A stretch of DNA of 64,000 nucleotides, taken from NCBI GenBank assembly GCA_012295275.1, contig CM022671.1, positions 186,001 to 250,000 on the forward strand, given 5' to 3'. Position 1 is the first letter of the stretch, and every line of letters begins with the position of its first letter. Both the position numbers and the translations under genes were made by a program. Positions 59,365 through 64,000 of this stretch are shown here, one piece after another. The notes under the pieces were generated by a model. It was given only the letters and a program-made list of their open reading frames with translations, did not search any database and was not told the DNA's origin. This DNA comes from Chrysomallon squamiferum (Eukaryota > Animalia > Mollusca).

Positions 59365-59500
59365 CTGAAACAAGAAAAACACATTTATTTACTGAAACCA
59401 GAAAAACACGTTTATTTACTGAAACCAGAAAAACAGGTTTATTTACTGAAACAAGAAAAACAGGTTTATTTTCTGAAACAAGAAAAACAGGTTTATTTTC
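59365..59500. repeat. 27-bp tandem repeat (5 copies) containing the ESS2 exon 8 acceptor
   Basis: Plus-strand unit ctgaaac(a/c)agaaaaaca(c/g)(a/g)tttattt(a/t); on the minus strand each copy reads tttttct(t/g)gtttcag. Confidence 0.9.
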
Positions 59501-59889
59501 CACCATCAACAAATTAAACAACAATTTCTTATTTAGAATATGATGGAAATTGCCGCCAACAACATGTATTTGTAATTCAGAACAATAATGATGTTTTTCC
59601 TCAGTAGTTTTAACTTACTAACCAAAAAAAACCCCAGATTAAAACAGAAAATACTATTATTATTTATTTTTTTACCAAATACACATCTAACATGCATCTA
59701 CATCTCAGATAACAAATATATGAATATGAGTATTCAGGTAATAAAATATTTTAAAATTTCAACACATCTGTAAGGAAAATGTTTCTGTATTATATTGACA
59801 TTATGTATTTTAGCATCTCTATAAAAAAAATCCTACTACATTATTAATCATATGGACCAACACATATGCAAGTAACACAATAGACTCAC

Positions 59890-60005
59890 CTGGCTAAATT
59901 TCTAGTCACTTGTTTTATAGCTTCTTGTTTCTTTGCTCTGTGACCTTTGCTGGCTTTCTCTGCCAACTCTAATGCCAGTTTATCTCTCTGAGGAATATTT
60001 GGAAT
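59890..60005 (-). CDS. ESS2: ESS2 exon 7 (IPNIPQRDKLALELAEKASKGHRAKKQEAIKQVTRNLA)
   Basis: tttcag| acceptor, AG|gtgagt donor; 116 nt, phase 0 to 2. Confidence 0.92.
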
Positions 60006-60131
60006 CTGAAATTTATAACGTCAACAAATTATCATTAGTATTATTGTATCTGTAAAACCAAAAGTTACCAGAGTATCCATCACAGATATAGTTAAAGTAC
60101 CCACTTAAAAAAAGGAGTCACAAACACCCAC

Positions 60132-60490
60132 CTTAAAAACAGGTCCAGGAGTGGCTGAGAAAGGAGTCTGATTGCCATCAAGACGAAAAGGAGTTCCTTC
60201 CACCTGACCCCAGGTCATCAGCGGCGACTGTTCCACTCCTGGTGCTGGGGAGGGCGTGGCCACAAAGCCGTAGCCATTGACACTTGGAGACGGCATCAGA
60301 ACCACTTCTTTCCCATCATGACCTATTTTACCAATGTTCGACATCGCCTTGAAGGCTGCAGCTTGTTCCATCAGCTGTTTGTTTTTCTCTATGTTGTGAG
60401 GATTATACTGGAATCTGGTGTTCTCATGAATGATCTCACGTGACTTGTGTTTCTTTATTTCTATCAATTCCTTAGCACTAAGCTCGACAC
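60132..60490 (-). CDS. ESS2: ESS2 exon 6
   Basis: IIHENTRF...GYGFVATPSPAPGVEQSPLMTWGQVEGTPFRLDG...PGPVFK is the hallmark Es2 motif; ccag| acceptor, AAG|gtgggt donor. Confidence 0.96.
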
Positions 60491-60871
60491 CTGGTAAAAT
60501 ATACATTATTAAATATATGTGTAAATCTACATTAAAAAAAAAAAAACATCTTTTGTTCTTGGAATCCCATCACATATATATACATATATACACATACATG
60601 TAGAGTCTTATTAACTAAGAAAGGACTATATTTTCATGAAATCATCTTAAGTAGAATATCGTCCATACCACTTAGACTAAACATTATCAAACTGTGTGGT
60701 GATGCCACTTTCAACATTCGCAGAACACACTGAGTCAGGGTGATAGTATAAGCTGTGTTTTTGTAACATGTAAATGCTTGTAACTGCACTACATAATTCA
60801 CTGTACTTCTAAATCAGTATAAAATTTGAGCTAGGACCACCAGCCTCTTTCTGAAGTAGATTGTTACTGAC

Positions 60872-60992
60872 CATCAGGAATGTACATGAGTGCATTGTCA
60901 GGTTTGTATTTCCAGGTGTCCACTGTTGACTTGTTCTGATCTAAGGCTGCCTGTTCCTCAATGCTGGGCAGAGTCAGCTTGTTGTCATCTTC
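60872..60992 (-). CDS. ESS2: ESS2 exon 5 (EDDNKLTLPSIEEQAALDQNKSTVDTWKYKPDNALMYIPD)
   Basis: Conserved TWKYxxxNxLMYxPxG; 121 nt, phase 0 to 1. Confidence 0.93.
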
Positions 60993-61487
60993 CTGATTAG
61001 TCAAAATAAACAATAATTCAATCACTGACCAGAAATTTCTTATCCTAAATAAATAATATCAAAAACAATCCATTATTATCCTCAAAAAATAAAATTAAAA
61101 ATTAAAAAAAATAAAAGAAATTAAGCTTTGAAAACAATACTTTATCATAAATAAACAACTTTGAAAACAATCCTTTGTCCTAAGTAAAACCACGTTGAAA
61201 ACAAAAGGTTTGCTTAAAGCCTCATTCTAAAGGTTTCATAGGAGCAGGACTGATCAGACAGTCTGTGGTCACATCTTGATTAGATACAAGTCTGATGTCT
61301 TCAAATGAAATGCTGGCAAAACTGACATTACAGGTGGTTACAGAGCAGCAATGATATTATCTGAAGAATTATTTCTCTACTGTGTATTAGATGTTTCTTG
61401 GTAACATGCAGGTTAGACAATTCTTCAAAGATCACTTGCAAGCAATCAAGCCAGTGACAGATCTGTGAGATGCTGATAAAGTTTTAC

Positions 61488-61633
61488 CTTAGACTGTTGA
61501 TCTTCTTTATCATACATCCATGCATGTTTGTCTCTGTGTCTCTTCTCTCCTTCTTTGAGGATCTCAGAAAATGATGCATTATCCTCACTTGTATTTTTAG
61601 CCAGAAACTGGTCTAGACTCAAAGTCTTCTTTT
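61488..61633 (-). CDS. ESS2: ESS2 exon 4 (KKKTLSLDQFLAKNTSEDNASFSEIL...KHAWMY...)
   Basis: Conserved SLDxFLxxxTSEDNASF; 146 nt, phase 1 to 0. Confidence 0.94.
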
Positions 61634-62486
61634 CTGAAATAATAAAAATAAGTTAAGTTCTCATAGTGACACATTTACATGATGTTTGCAGTACTAAAGT
61701 CAAATCAAGTTACAGTTTGCAGAATGATTATATTAAATAACTGACATATTAACTATCAGTAATATTATAATATTTATATACTGTTTACATTGTTGTTGTT
61801 GAAAATTTCATAGATTTTTTTTATTTTTTTTAATTATTGTTTTAGTTGATACTAACTACAAATTTGTACTGGTAACAAATTTTATTGTTTTATCTGATAC
61901 TAACAATTAATAACAAAACTGAGATTATTACAAAGATTAGCAGTATCCACTTACATTGTTTTGTACACTTTCAGAAACCTCATGCACAGACTGAGTAAGC
62001 AAGGCTACATTAAACTGATTCTTTCAAACCTCACTCACAAAAATGTTATCTCAAAACAACACTTCAGTCTTTGTGGTTAAGTTATACTACAAACTTTATC
62101 ATTATCAAAGCTTGGTGCTGAACAGCATGGAAGTGTAAGTTTAAAAAATAATGAGCAACCCACAGTGGGGACAAATTTACTTTTGAAAAGCTGACATAGG
62201 TAAATGTTACAATAAAATTTGTTAAAAATGTTTAAACTTGTGTGTGTGTCTAAGATATAAAGTTTAAAATGTATAAATCATTTAAATGTGTTTTATTGTT
62301 CATATCTGTCTGAAATATAGCTTTAAATATATAAAGGTGTCTTATTCTGTGTATATGTTTAAGATGCAAAGCCAAAAATGCATAAATGTGTATTTTTAAG
62401 CTGTAAAGTTTAAAATGTATGAATGTTTAAGATTTGATGTTTAAAATGTATAAATATGAATGTCTAAGATTTAAAATGTATCTTAC

Positions 62487-62615
62487 TGTCTGTCTGTATG
62501 TCCTCACTGTGAACGTCTTCATCTACTGAAGATTGTTCAGTGTTCTCAGAGTTGACTTCTGGTGAACTTTTACCAGTTGTGTGGTCTGGTGTTTCAAAAG
62601 TAGCTGGAGAATTGT
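62487..62615 (-). CDS. ESS2: ESS2 exon 3 (YNSPATFETPDH...)
   Basis: Conserved PATFETP; ttcag| acceptor, A|gtaaga donor; 129 nt, phase 1 to 1. Confidence 0.9.
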
Positions 62616-63086
62616 CTGAATTAAACAAAATAATAATAATACTCTAAATGTTCATTTTTAAATCAGAAAAAGTTTACAGACATACTGATTTCAATATGTG
62701 TGTTTATTTTTCCATCTTATTATTTATATGACAAAATATGATTGTGAAATGTCCATACAGTTAAGTAATTATCTAAGGTAAACAAGAATGATATTAAATT
62801 TAATTTTAAACAAGAATAAGAAAATTATGTCAAATTTAAAGTGTCAAACTCTGTAACAGTATTAATACTTATGAGCACACACACACACACACACATTCAT
62901 TTCTGGAAAGCAGTTACAGGAATAAAGATTGTATCTGTGTGTAGAGAGAAAAAGGCAAATATTATGTCAAAGTCAATGAAAATAAATGTGTGTGTAATGT
63001 GTGTGTGTGTATGCATGTATGTAGATGTCTCTGTAGTATGTATGTATATTTAATCAAGCCTCTGTGTATAAATTACATAAACTTAC

Positions 63087-63255
63087 AAACACTGGAAGCT
63101 TCAGTTCCTGGTCGCTGTGTTGATTGTTGATATTGCATCTGAATCTGACGCAGTTTGGCAAGATCATTTTTCTCCAGTGCCTCAAAGTACTCAGCCTGGG
63201 AGTACAGAGATGGAAGGTCAGGAAAAAAATCTCTTGTGATGATTTCTTCTATGTT
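63087..63255 (-). CDS. ESS2: ESS2 exon 2 (NIEEIITRDFFPDLPSLYSQAEYFEALEKND...)
   Basis: Conserved IIxRDFFPD; ttgcag| acceptor, T|gtaagt donor; 169 nt, phase 0 to 1. Confidence 0.95.
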
Positions 63256-63750
63256 CTGCAACATATTAAACATGCCAACTATTAATTATTCTACAACCAT
63301 ACAGAGAGAGTTTTGAAAAACATTTATTTTTCAACATTTTAAATACAAAAAAACAAAAGTATGTTATTTCATTTGATAATATATCTAATTATATTTGTTA
63401 TGTGTCATTATTTAACTAAATGTGACATAGCCTTTTCAATGTTTCACAAGTACATAAAGCTGATAAACTAGTTGATCAATCATAGACATTCTTCCATATT
63501 TATATACATTTATTATGATTTATAATAAATTGTATAATTATAATAATAATGTATTACTTTATTTTGTGTTGGTGGTACACATGGAAAGCAAAACCTTTAT
63601 ATATATATTTTTTTTATATATAAGGGAAATGACTTATCAGTACTTTTTAAATATAAAACTGACAAAAGCAGAGTGGTTATAGTTTGGTTTCCTAGAATTT
63701 GTAGAAAGACATTTTCTAGTCGATTATTTCAATATTTGAAAATTACAAAC

Positions 63751-63873
63751 CTCAGTGTATGTGTCTTCATCTAAGACAATTTTCTTCTTTTCTTTCTTAG
63801 TTCCCACTCCATCATCTTTGTTACTTCCATCTATAAGCAATAAACTTTTATTGTTAACACTTTTAAGAGCCAT
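63751..63873 (-). CDS. ESS2: ESS2 exon 1 coding part (MALKSVNNK...KKIVLDEDTYTE)
   Basis: ATG at 63873 preceded by in-frame stops; conserved VLDExxY; GAG|gtttgt donor. Total CDS 1497 nt = 498 aa plus stop. Confidence 0.9.
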
Positions 63874-63924
63874 TTACGTTTAATAAGGTACAACCACATT
63901 ACGTTCTTTCGACATTGTATCGTT

Positions 63925-64000
63925 TATTCCGGAAATGATGACGGAAGTTACCTTGCTGATCTTCGTAAAGCGGTTCGGGAGAGTCCTTTGCATACGTAAA
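63925..64000. promoter_or_regulatory. Probable ESS2 proximal promoter with ETS-like sites
   Basis: CpG-rich segment with ccggaaat (63929) and acggaagt (63941) just upstream of the start codon. Confidence 0.5.

Overview
AT-rich, microsatellite-rich invertebrate (mollusc/lophotrochozoan-like, by inference) nuclear DNA with two convergent intron-containing genes. (1) Plus strand, ~5.9-38.9 kb: an 8-coding-exon gene reconstructed by hand with consistent splice phases (9303 nt, ~3100 aa). It encodes a mostly low-complexity protein with two giant exons (5.5 and 2.75 kb), three PxDL[S/T] motifs, a PxVxL motif, a short coiled coil, a Gln-rich region and a C-terminal MYND zinc finger split by a 9.1-kb intron. 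(2) Minus strand, 63.9-59.0 kb: a complete 8-exon ESS2/DGCR14 splicing-factor gene (498 aa). The most unusual feature is in the MYND-splitting intron: the 3' end of the MYND exon plus its splice donor is tandemly amplified about 42 times, separated by variable (TG/TCTG)n spacers and organised as a ~1.5-kb higher-order repeat. Some units form in-frame cassette-exon candidates. Tandem amplification of splice signals also occurs at that intron's branch point and at the last ESS2 acceptor. The intergenic region (41-57 kb) retains CpG, unlike the gene bodies, and holds a foldback-like long inverted repeat (47.0-51.4 kb). All splicing claims are predictions from sequence only.
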